Virus record (IMG/VR): IMGVR_UViG_3300049023_000048
Coordinates: 1 to 30,390 of that record
Direction: 5' to 3' (one strand)
Length of the DNA: 30,390 nt
DNA from: a virus
Taxonomy: Duplodnaviria > Caudoviricetes
Made by a program: the position numbers and the translations under genes. The notes under the pieces were generated by a model. The model was not told where the DNA came from. It made no database searches and saw only the letters and a program-made list of their open reading frames with translations. The first letter of the stretch is position 1. Each line of letters begins with the position of its first letter. Below, piece after piece: positions 7,712 to 15,535 of this stretch.

Positions 7712-8544
7712 ACGCGATTGCGCCGCCGCTCGGCCTGATCCTCGGCATGCCGCCTGAGGTCTATCACAGCACCCTTGCGATGAGCGCGGGGGGCCTGAAG
7801 CGCATGCGCCAGAGCCCGGCGCACTTCTACGGCATGCAGTTGGACCCAGATCGGCCGGCGCCGAGCGAGCCCACTCCTGCCCTCAAAAACGGCGCCCTCG
7901 TGCATTGCTGCGTGTTCGAGCCCGACCAGGTTGCGCTGCGCTACGTGGTCAAGCCGGCCGGCCTCGACTTGCGCACGAAAGAAGGCAAGGCTTGGCGCGA
8001 AGCGCAGACGCTTGAGATCGTCGACGCCGAAGCGATGGCCCTAGCCGCCGGCCAAGCGCGTGCCATGCGCAGCCTCCCTGAGGTGGCTGCTCTGCTGAGC
8101 GACGGCGTGGGCGAGGCGTCGGCATTTTGGATCGACGAAAAGACTGGCGAGCTGTGCAAGTGTCGGCCGGACTGGACGTCGCCGGTTGGTGACGGCGTCA
8201 TCCTGGTCGATGGCAAAACCACCATCGACGCGAGCCTTGCTGGCTTCTCGCGCGCCATCTGGAATTTCGACTATCACCTGCAGGCGGCTTGGTATTCGGA
8301 CGGCTACGAGGCTGCGACAGGCAAGCACGTGCACGGATTCGTGTTCGCAGCCGCCGAGTCGTCATGGCCTCACGTTGCTGCGGCATACATGCTCGATGAC
8401 CAGGTGCTCGATCGGGCGCGCGCTGAGAACAGGCGCCTGCTCGATCTCTACGCCGAGTGCAGACGCACCAACCACTGGCCCGGCTATCAGACCGGCATCC
8501 AGCCGATAACCCTGCCCTCGTGGGCCATGAAGGAGATCGCTTGA
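7708..8544 (+). CDS. RecE/exonuclease VIII-like PD-(D/E)XK nuclease (DUF3799-like)
   Basis: YH...SPAHF, G.LVHCCVFEP, CKCRPDW, VDGKTT, YHLQAAWYSDG. Confidence 0.9.
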   Translation: MNAIAPPLGLILGMPPEVYHSTLAMSAGGLKRMRQSPAHFYGMQLDPDRPAPSEPTPALKNGALVHCCVFEPDQVALRYVVKPAGLDLRTKEGKAWREAQTLEIVDAEAMALAAGQARAMRSLPEVAALLSDGVGEASAFWIDEKTGELCKCRPDWTSPVGDGVILVDGKTTIDASLAGFSRAIWNFDYHLQAAWYSDGYEAATGKHVHGFVFAAAESSWPHVAAAYMLDDQVLDRARAENRRLLDLYAECRRTNHWPGYQTGIQPITLPSWAMKEIA

Positions 8545-9560
8545 ACACCGAAGTTGTCGAGTCACCGTTCGCCGCCCGCACTGCCGTCGCGCCGCACGAC
8601 AGTGCCGGCTCGCGCCAGAACCAGAGCCGCGAGTTGGCCGAGACGCAGACCAAGTATTTGATGGCGGAGCGTTTCCCACGCGATGAGGTAGGCGCAATGG
8701 ATCGCATCCTGAATGCTTTCTCGCGTCGCACGCTCGCCGAGAAGGCCGCCTATCAATTCGCGCGTGGCGGCACCGACATTGCTGGCCCGAGTATCCGCGC
8801 GGCCGAAGCCATCGCCCAGCAGTGGGGCAACATGGACAGTGGCTGGCGTGAGCTGCAGCGCGGGGTCGCTGTCGACGGCGTGCCGTTCTCCGAAGTCGAG
8901 GCCTTCTGCGTCGATCTGCAAAGCCGCAACAGCAAGCGGCTGCAGTTCATCGTGCGGCACTGGCGCGACACGAAGTCTGGCGGCTACAAGCTGAAGGATG
9001 AGCGCGACATCTACGAGCTGTGCGCCAACCAGGCGCAACGCCGACTGCGCGCTTGCATCCTGGCCTCCGTGCCAGGCGATGTGACCGAGGCCGCCATGCA
9101 GCAGGCTGAGGTCACGCTGAAGGCCAACGCCGACACCAGCTCCGAGGCCATGGCGAAAATGATCACGGCATTCGCCGAGTTCGGTGTGACGAAAGAGCAC
9201 ATCGAGAAGCGCATTCAGCGCCGGCTTGACGCGATCACGGCAGCGCAGGTGGTATCGCTCAAGCGGATCTATGCAAGTTTGCGCGACGACATGAGCGCAC
9301 CGTCGGAGTGGTTCGACATCGCGCCCCCCGAGCCCAGCGCGAGCGGCATTGATGCGGTGAAGGCCGCTGCTTCCGCAAAGACGGCGAAGCCGGCATCACC
9401 GAAGAAGGGTGCCTCGCTTGCGCAGTTCAAAGAGCGCATCGACAACGCGCTCGACATCGACGCCGCTCAGCTTGTGCTCGACGAAGCGCGCAGCGTGCTG
9501 GACAGCAACGAGAACGACGCGCTGGGTGAGCACTACCGGACCAAATGGAGCACCACATGA
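8541..9560 (+). CDS. Putative single-strand annealing protein (exonuclease partner)
   Basis: AAGGAG RBS plus TTG start; FPRDE...YQFARGG..IAGPSIRAAEAIAQQWGN; function inferred from position after recE. Confidence 0.6.
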   Translation: MNTEVVESPFAARTAVAPHDSAGSRQNQSRELAETQTKYLMAERFPRDEVGAMDRILNAFSRRTLAEKAAYQFARGGTDIAGPSIRAAEAIAQQWGNMDSGWRELQRGVAVDGVPFSEVEAFCVDLQSRNSKRLQFIVRHWRDTKSGGYKLKDERDIYELCANQAQRRLRACILASVPGDVTEAAMQQAEVTLKANADTSSEAMAKMITAFAEFGVTKEHIEKRIQRRLDAITAAQVVSLKRIYASLRDDMSAPSEWFDIAPPEPSASGIDAVKAAASAKTAKPASPKKGASLAQFKERIDNALDIDAAQLVLDEARSVLDSNENDALGEHYRTKWSTT

Positions 9561-9763
9561 AGGGCCGCATCTACCGGGTCACGGTCGGCGAGAACGACCG
9601 CCTCGTCCGCGCCACGCACCCCGCCACGGCATTGATGCACGTCGCGCGCGACATCGCGAAGGTGCGCGTTGCATCGCAGGATGACCTCGTGGAGTGCTTC
9701 GGCGACGGCATCCAGGTCGAAGACATCAAGGCCGAGCAGATGCAGATCGGGCCGACTGGCTAG
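9557..9763 (+). CDS. Conserved small phage protein
   Basis: RIYRV...RLVRATHPATALMHVA...VASQDDLVE; GGAG RBS. Confidence 0.75.
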   Translation: MKGRIYRVTVGENDRLVRATHPATALMHVARDIAKVRVASQDDLVECFGDGIQVEDIKAEQMQIGPTG

Positions 9764-9769
9764 TTTCCC

Positions 9770-9853
9770 GGGCGCGCCTGGCTGGGTTCTCATCCTCCTC
9801 CCTCCCTCCCTCCTTGCCAGCCAGCGCACCGCAAGGTGCCGCCCTCTTTCTTC
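9770..9853 (+). ncRNA. Candidate structured RNA (three-way junction with CU-rich anti-SD loop), possibly also a terminator
   Basis: GGGCG/CGCCC closing stem, CTGGCTGG/CCAGCCAG stem around ATCCTCCTCCCTCCCTCCCTCCTT, GCACC-GCAA-GGTGC tetraloop hairpin, then TCTTTCTTC. Confidence 0.55.
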
Positions 9854-9873
9854 ACCAACCACCGGAGCAAACG

Positions 9874-10428
9874 ATGTTCGAAATCACCAACCAGACCAGG
9901 GCGCTCCTGGTGTCCGTGACCAACCGCAGTGAGAAGCATGGCGACGAAGAAGTGCCAGCCGTGTCGCTGGGCCTGAAGATCACCGGACCGAACACGCTGC
10001 TCGACCTGTTGAGCAAAGACTTGCGGCCGGCGCTCTACCACGTTCCGCGCAACAAGACCGTCGATGGCGTCGACGAGCTCGCGCCCACGCTGCGCACGAA
10101 GTGCCTAGAACACGTCGCGCTCAGCCTAGGCCCGTTCGAAGGCTGGACGCTCAATGTCGATCACGGCATCGACGAGGAAGACCCAGTCACGTTCGGTTCG
10201 TGCAAGGTCGACAAGTTGCGTGTGGTCCCCGTCGAAGGCGGCAGCGTCGAGCTTTCGATGCGTGTGGGCACCAGCGACATCAGCGCCGAGTCGCTCGGCA
10301 TCATCGGCATGAAGATCAGCCAACAGATCAGCGTCACGCTGCTGGCGCCGAAGGTCGCGCCGGACAAGAAGCCGGTCGACGGCAAGCCGAGCCTCACGCC
10401 TACCGAGGCTTTCGCCGGGACGCACTGA
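9874..10428 (+). CDS. Hypothetical phage protein
   Basis: GGAG RBS; MFEITNQ...RSEKHGDEEVPAVSL...EGGSVELSMRV. Confidence 0.75.
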   Translation: MFEITNQTRALLVSVTNRSEKHGDEEVPAVSLGLKITGPNTLLDLLSKDLRPALYHVPRNKTVDGVDELAPTLRTKCLEHVALSLGPFEGWTLNVDHGIDEEDPVTFGSCKVDKLRVVPVEGGSVELSMRVGTSDISAESLGIIGMKISQQISVTLLAPKVAPDKKPVDGKPSLTPTEAFAGTH

Positions 10429-10431
10429 ACA

Positions 10432-10845
10432 ATGACCCCCGATACAGAAGCAGGGCTTCCTGAGCTGCCTCCACTCGAAGGCTTTGTGAAAAACGACGGC
10501 CGTACCAGTGATCGGGTGTGGATCAGGATCGAGCAGGTTCAGGAATACGCAAAGCAATACGCCCTCACCGCCCTATCCCAAGAGCGAGCAGATGCGCAGA
10601 GGTGGAGCGCAATGGTTTACGCGCCGCTGGATGGTAGCGAAGTCGAGTTGATGATTCGCCATCGCAACTACTGGTTGTGGCTCAAGAGCGAAAAGAAGAT
10701 CAAGGGCGAGTCATGGGAACAGGTCGTGCGCGGCCAATGGCTTGACCACAACGGCGGCGGATGGTCTTGGCACGGGATGGCCGGCACACCGATCGGCTGG
10801 CGCGCAATTGACATAGCACGTTCTCAGGAGGGCACAAATGGCTGA
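10432..10845 (+). CDS. Hypothetical protein with DUF551-like C-terminal half
   Basis: W....APLDGSEV...PIGWR pattern. Confidence 0.6.
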   Translation: MTPDTEAGLPELPPLEGFVKNDGRTSDRVWIRIEQVQEYAKQYALTALSQERADAQRWSAMVYAPLDGSEVELMIRHRNYWLWLKSEKKIKGESWEQVVRGQWLDHNGGGWSWHGMAGTPIGWRAIDIARSQEGTNG

Positions 10846-11284
10846 CCAGATGCGCGAGCTGAAGCCGTGTCCGTTTTGCGGCTCAGCATCACTGACCTAC
10901 GAGTACATCGAACGCATCGGGTGCTTGTGTTGTGGTGCAACCGTCATATTCGATGACAGGCAAGGCCGCGGCGCAATTGCGCTTTGGAACGCTAGGGCTG
11001 CTCTGGCCGCTATCCCTGAAGTCTCCGCAGTGCAGGCAGCCGCTGAGCCTGTGGCGACCGTGAAGATTACTGACGCTGGCTATGCGCAGTTGTGGGTGCA
11101 CGGCATCTGCATCAAGAGTCTTTACGGAGAGGTTGGGCGCGATGCAATGGACACATTGGCTGCTCGCTTGAACCATGCCACCGCACAGCCAGTGCAGGCA
11201 GCAGCCTTAGATTCTGCGATGGGTCATCAGACCGAGCGCGATGGAGAAGCGGTGCAGCGGCCACTTCGGGGGATCGAGCGTTGA
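10838..11284 (+). CDS. Lar-like restriction alleviation protein with C-terminal extension
   Basis: ELKPCPFCG...CLCCGA...AIALWNAR; GGAGG RBS. Confidence 0.75.
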   Translation: MADQMRELKPCPFCGSASLTYEYIERIGCLCCGATVIFDDRQGRGAIALWNARAALAAIPEVSAVQAAAEPVATVKITDAGYAQLWVHGICIKSLYGEVGRDAMDTLAARLNHATAQPVQAAALDSAMGHQTERDGEAVQRPLRGIER

Positions 11285-12134
11285 GCCGGATCGTGTGTCA
11301 GTTCTCATGCGGAGCGACTTCGGCTGTGGCAACCAAACTCGTGCTCGCCCAGCATCCAGAGGCGGTGATCCTAAACGCCTACCTGAAGAATGAACACGAA
11401 GACAACCGGCGCTTCTTGGCTGACTGCGAACGGTGGTTCGGCAAAGAGATCACCGTCATCAAAGACGAAAAGTACGGCGCTGACGTGATCGAGGTCTTTC
11501 GCAGAGAACGTTTTATCCGCGGGATCAGCGGAGCGTCTTGTACCAAACGCATCAAACGCGGCTTGCTGGATAAGTGGAAGCGCCCAGATGACGTGATGGT
11601 CCTTGGATTCACCGCCGAGGAACAAGACCGAGCCGACGACTTCACCGAGGCGTGGCCGGATCGGAAAGTATTGTTCCCTCTCATTGAGCGAGGGCTGACG
11701 AAGAACGACTGCAAAGCCATGATCGAGCGTTCCGGCATCGTCTTGCCGCTGATGTACCGCATGGGCTACCAGAATGCGAACTGCATCGCTTGTGTCAAGG
11801 GTGGCATGGGCTACTTCAGATCCATTCGCCACGACTTCCCAGAGCAGTTCTATGCACTCGCTAAGGTCGAATCAGAGATTGGCCCGAGCGCCTACATTCT
11901 TCGACACCAGTCCGGCCCCAACAAGGGAGAGCGCTTTTCGCTTTACGACTTGCCGGCAGGGCCAATCGACCGCAAAGAGCACCTTCCTGACTGCGGACTG
12001 TTTTGCGAAACGGCCGAGCGTGAGTACAGCGCCTAAGCCAATCGAAGAACCTCGGGTCTCTAGCCGAAGCGCCTGAGCCAAATGACCAGAATTCCAGTTC
12101 TGCCACACCGCCGGATCTGATGAACAAAGAAAGC
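11213..12134 (+). mobile_element. Putative repeat-bounded gene cassette 1
   Basis: Left end GGTCATCAGACCG...AGCGGTGCAGCGGCC; right ends TAGCCGAAGCGC-N3-AGCCAAATGACCA (12061-12088) and CGGATCTGATGAACA (12112-12126). Confidence 0.45.
11281..12036 (+). CDS. PAPS-reductase-like / adenine nucleotide alpha-hydrolase family phage protein with Cys clusters
   Basis: FSCGATSAVA PP-loop-like motif, EHEDNRRFL, CTKRIK, FPLIE, NANCIACVKGGMGY, CGLFCE; TTG start. Confidence 0.8.
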   Translation: MSRIVCQFSCGATSAVATKLVLAQHPEAVILNAYLKNEHEDNRRFLADCERWFGKEITVIKDEKYGADVIEVFRRERFIRGISGASCTKRIKRGLLDKWKRPDDVMVLGFTAEEQDRADDFTEAWPDRKVLFPLIERGLTKNDCKAMIERSGIVLPLMYRMGYQNANCIACVKGGMGYFRSIRHDFPEQFYALAKVESEIGPSAYILRHQSGPNKGERFSLYDLPAGPIDRKEHLPDCGLFCETAEREYSA

Positions 12135-12139
12135 ACAGC

Positions 12140-13627
12140 ATGACACACCAACCAGAGAACACCCGCGCTCTTGTTGATCGCGTTGCCAGACAGATCGCGC
12201 GCGATGTGTACGGGTTCGGCACGGCGATGACCCTTGCCCGTTATTCGTCTGAGGCAATCGAAGAACAACATCGCAAGATTGCCCAGGCTGCCATCGAAGC
12301 CATCGCGGAGAACACCCGCGCCACCCCACTGGATGCAGCGCAGGAGATCGACACGGGTGACGTTGTTCTGCACAAGCCATCGGGTGAGCAGTGGCTGGTG
12401 GCGTTCGTGGAGGGCGACATGCTGTGTGCGTGCGGTTGGCCTGAGTCGCTGGCGCCCTTGGCTGATTGCACGCTTGTCACTCGCGCAACACCGGAAGCAC
12501 GGATCAGCCTTCTGCATGAGATGGCTCGTAGTTCCGGCGCCAGGGCTTCCTATGCGAATCGTGCGCTCGCTGCGCCTTCATTCCGTGATGCGTTGGAGTT
12601 TGCCGCCAAGCACTTCAACAGCGATTGGCCGGAGCGCTGCCAATCGATTGTGCTTTGTGCGCGAGCTGCATTGCGGGCTGCACCACCTCAGCCCGACACC
12701 CGCGCCACCCCACTGGATGCAGCGCAGGAGCCTCAAGCCTGGCTGTTTCGCTGCTGGAAGCCTGGGCGGTCATCGGTTTCGGCCAGTGTTGACAAGGACG
12801 ACACGCACTGGTGGCCACGCGACGAATGGAAAAGTGTGATGCGCCTCCCGTTGTCGATTTGTGGGCCGGCTGAAGTGCTCCACGGCGAAGCTCGTGAGTG
12901 GCACGATCTCGCACCACCCCAGCCCGACACCCGCGCCACCCCAGGGGTGCAGGCGGAAGAAGTGAAGCGGCTGGCTGACGTAGCTGCGTCGGCGGAAAAA
13001 GCTCACATCGAATGCTTACGCAGTGCCGGTGATGGTTACGGCAGACAAATGGAACTTGCCGCCTTGGCAGAAACATCGGCAACTGCACGCCAACGGTTTC
13101 ACGCCGCCATCGACGCCCTTGCATCCGAGGCAGGTAAAGCGCCAGCCCCATGGGTGCAGGCCGATTTCGCGCAATCTATGCTTGAGCATGCGGAGACCTA
13201 CTCTGCCGGGCGACAGGACGTCATCAATCGCTTGCGCTACGACGTGCTGCACGAATTCGCCAGCAAACACGGCGTGAGCTACAGCGATTTGCGCGCTGCA
13301 GTTAGAGCCTCCCTTGAGCTGCCAGATGCATCAGAGCCAGGGAAGAAGATTGCTGCTCTGCGAGACGATGTCGGTTCACGCAAGACAGGAGAGGCAGGTA
13401 AAGCGCCAGCCGAGCCTGTGGCGTGGATAGGTCAGTACGAATGGTCGGTGCTCACGGAGAAGAAACAGGGGGCGATGGTTTACCCCGACCAGACCATGCC
13501 AGAGCCGCACGCTCGCCCGCTCTACGTCGCACCCAATGCAGCCAAGGGGCCTGCCCCTTCTCTTGTTCATTCGGCAGAGGCTTCGCTTGGAGCGGTGCAG
13601 CGGCCTGAGCGGGAGACCGAGCGATGA
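12140..13627 (+). CDS. Mosaic multi-module phage protein with repeated linkers
   Basis: 495 aa ORF with repeated TRATPLDAAQE, PPQPDTRATP, EAGKAPA and AEPVAW linkers. Confidence 0.7.
   Translation: MTHQPENTRALVDRVARQIARDVYGFGTAMTLARYSSEAIEEQHRKIAQAAIEAIAENTRATPLDAAQEIDTGDVVLHKPSGEQWLVAFVEGDMLCACGWPESLAPLADCTLVTRATPEARISLLHEMARSSGARASYANRALAAPSFRDALEFAAKHFNSDWPERCQSIVLCARAALRAAPPQPDTRATPLDAAQEPQAWLFRCWKPGRSSVSASVDKDDTHWWPRDEWKSVMRLPLSICGPAEVLHGEAREWHDLAPPQPDTRATPGVQAEEVKRLADVAASAEKAHIECLRSAGDGYGRQMELAALAETSATARQRFHAAIDALASEAGKAPAPWVQADFAQSMLEHAETYSAGRQDVINRLRYDVLHEFASKHGVSYSDLRAAVRASLELPDASEPGKKIAALRDDVGSRKTGEAGKAPAEPVAWIGQYEWSVLTEKKQGAMVYPDQTMPEPHARPLYVAPNAAKGPAPSLVHSAEASLGAVQRPERETER
12312..12943 (+). 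repeat. Direct repeats, linker family 1
   Basis: 35-bp identical 12312-12346 / 12696-12730; 33-bp with one mismatch 12680-12712 / 12911-12943. Confidence 0.9.
13127..13411 (+). repeat. Direct repeats, linker family 2
   Basis: GAGGCAGGTAAAGCGCCAGCC at 13127-13147 and 13391-13411. Confidence 0.9.
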
Positions 13628-13871
13628 AACCAGCGTTATTTGCAAGCCTCGTGGCGCACATTGAAGCCTGGGGCAACGAGAACTGTGAAGAGGCCCACTG
13701 GGTCGATGGCTACGTGCACGAGAAGTACGCCGAGCAGATGGCCAGCGCCGCTGCTGCCGTCATGGACGCAATGGAAGGTGTCCAAGAGTTCATGCGCCGC
13801 GAAGGGCACTCTGAATGACTGGGCGCATGCAGCGGTGTAGCCGAAGCGCTCCAGCCAAATGAACAAAAGAA
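13558..13871 (+). mobile_element. Putative repeat-bounded gene cassette 2 with terminal inverted repeats
   Basis: TTCTCTTGTTCATTCGGCAGAGGCTTCG ... CGAAGCGCTCCAGCCAAATGAACAAAAGAA. Confidence 0.5.
13624..13818 (+). CDS. 64 aa hypothetical protein (cassette 2 cargo)
   Basis: GGAG RBS within the conserved left end; ATGA overlap. Confidence 0.7.
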   Translation: MKPALFASLVAHIEAWGNENCEEAHWVDGYVHEKYAEQMASAAAAVMDAMEGVQEFMRREGHSE

Positions 13872-13915
13872 TCCCATGAATCTCACTCAACAGACAGGGG
13901 AGCCCAAGGCCTGAC

Positions 13916-14152
13916 ATGAGCGAAGCCCTGCACCTCACCCGCGAACAGCTCGAGCAGCTGACGGGAACAGTGCAGCCCAAGCGCATGTGCGATTGGCTGG
14001 ATGCACGGCACTGGGTGTTCGAGCTTCCGGCACGCCGCGGCGACATCCCGAAGGTGGCCCGGGCGTACCATGACGCGCGCATGAGCGGCCAGCCCATCAC
14101 CGGCACCACACGCAGGCGCGCGAAAACCGAGTGGATGACGCAGCCCGCATGA
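13916..14152 (+). CDS. xis: Excisionase-like DUF4224 protein
   Basis: LTREQLEQLTG...WL...PKV.RAY; immediately upstream of and coupled to the integrase. Confidence 0.75.
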   Translation: MSEALHLTREQLEQLTGTVQPKRMCDWLDARHWVFELPARRGDIPKVARAYHDARMSGQPITGTTRRRAKTEWMTQPA

Positions 14153-15282
14153 TCCGCCCACGATCAAAGCCAGACGGCCTGCCGCCACGCGTCTACGAGC
14201 GCTTCGGCAAGCGCACCTACTCCATCGGCCACAAGGCCGACAGCGGCGCCTGGAGCTTTCGCCTCAGCTGCCCATTGGGTCAGCGCGCCAAGATCGCCGA
14301 ACTGCGCCTGCAGGCCGTGCGCAAGGCCGCCGAGATCGATTCGGGCGCGCCAGCTGATGGTTCGTTCGCAGCGCTGGCCAAGGCCTGGCTCAAGTGGCAG
14401 CGCGAGCTACCCGCAGGCACCCCAGGCAAGCGCGCCGACAGCACGCTGAAGGAGAACGAGCGGGAGATCGCCGCCCTCAATCGCAGCTTCGACGACATGC
14501 AGGTCGCCGAGATGGAGAAGGGCGACGCCTACGACCACCTCGACGCCTGCCTCATCGCCAAAGACAAGAAGGGCAACCCGCGGCCGCGGCCCGAGAAGGG
14601 CAACAAGGAAATCGCGCTCGCGCACGTGATGCTCGAGTGGGCCGTGCGCCGGCGCTGGATCAAGAGCAACCCCTTCGACGGCGTCGAGAAGCTCGTCACC
14701 GAGAAGGCGCAGCGCGCCGTCACGGCGCAGGAGCTGTGCCTCGCGGTCGAGGTCGGGCGCAAGCTCGGCGGCCCGCAGCACATCGTCGCGCTCGCGTGCA
14801 AGACCGCGTGGCTGTGCGTGCGCCGCTCAGTCGAGGTGCGCGCCATGACCCGCGACCAGATCGACGCCGAGCGCGGCATCTTCTGGAAGGCAGCCAAGCG
14901 TCAGGCAGGCCAGGCCGAAAAGGTCGGCCTCATCGAGTGGAGCCCCGAGCTGCGCGCCACCATCGACGAAGCGCTGGCGATCAAGCGCAACAAGCTCGCC
15001 GGTGCGTGGTACGTCTTCGGCAACCTGAGCGGCCAGAAGTACACCAAGGGCGGCTGGAAGAAGACCCTCTCGGTGCTGATGCACGCCTGCGTCGAAGAGG
15101 CTGCCAAGCGCAAGCTCGCCTTCGCGTCCTTCTCGCTGCAAGACTGCCGACCGATGGGCGTCAGCGACAAACTCGCGCGCGGCGATCGAGATGTGCAGGA
15201 CGCAACCCTGCACAGCAGCGAGCGAATGATTCGTCAGGTGTATGACCGCAGGCGCGTGCGAGTTGCGAAGCCTGCGGGTTGA
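14149..15282 (+). CDS. int: Tyrosine integrase
   Basis: LPPRVY arm-binding N-terminus, NKEIAL...NPFDGV, catalytic R (VRRSVEV), QDCR, LH, VYDR; adjacent to att site. Confidence 0.92.
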   Translation: MIRPRSKPDGLPPRVYERFGKRTYSIGHKADSGAWSFRLSCPLGQRAKIAELRLQAVRKAAEIDSGAPADGSFAALAKAWLKWQRELPAGTPGKRADSTLKENEREIAALNRSFDDMQVAEMEKGDAYDHLDACLIAKDKKGNPRPRPEKGNKEIALAHVMLEWAVRRRWIKSNPFDGVEKLVTEKAQRAVTAQELCLAVEVGRKLGGPQHIVALACKTAWLCVRRSVEVRAMTRDQIDAERGIFWKAAKRQAGQAEKVGLIEWSPELRATIDEALAIKRNKLAGAWYVFGNLSGQKYTKGGWKKTLSVLMHACVEEAAKRKLAFASFSLQDCRPMGVSDKLARGDRDVQDATLHSSERMIRQVYDRRRVRVAKPAG

Positions 15283-15296
15283 TGAATACCGGCCGC

Positions 15297-15535
15297 ATAT
15301 TCCAAAAACTATGCGTGATATTCCAAAGTTTGCTCTACGTGAGCGAGCGCTATCGAGAGGACGCGCAATGACACTTGATGTGTTGGCGGAGTGGACGGGA
15401 CTCGAACCCGCGACCCCCGGCGTGACAGGCCGGTTGGCGGCGCCAGCATTGGCGCGGGTTTCAGCCCCGATTCATATTCCAAAGATCGACGTTTTCCAGA
15501 GATTCTCACCTGGGAAGCGCAACGCTGATTCCAAA
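15297..15535 (+). repeat. Integrase arm-type sites of attP
   Basis: ATATTCCAAA at 15297, 15318 and 15474; degenerate TTTTCCAGA at 15492 and GATTCCAAA at 15527; they flank the core on both sides. Confidence 0.8.
15384..15434 (-). other. attP: attP core: 3' 51 nt of tRNA-Asp(GTC)
   Basis: Minus strand ACCGGCCTGTCACGCCGGGGGTCGCGGGTTCGAGTCCCGTCCACTCCGCCA contains anticodon arm, T arm and CCA; 5' half of the tRNA is absent. Confidence 0.9.

Noticed and set aside
11213-13871. Integron attC sites or IS element
   Set aside because: No RYYYAAC/GTTRRRY cores, no integron integrase, no transposase and no target-site duplication
14394-15245. 283 aa alternate-frame ORF in the integrase
   Set aside because: Arg/Ala-rich shadow of high-GC3 codons, unlike the dcm overprint which has an RBS and normal composition
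15384-15434. Complete tRNA-Asp gene
   Set aside because: D arm and 5' acceptor strand are missing; it is an att core
15297-15535. CRISPR-like or sRNA repeat array
   Set aside because: Repeats are only about 10 bp, irregularly spaced and positioned as integrase arm sites; no cas genes
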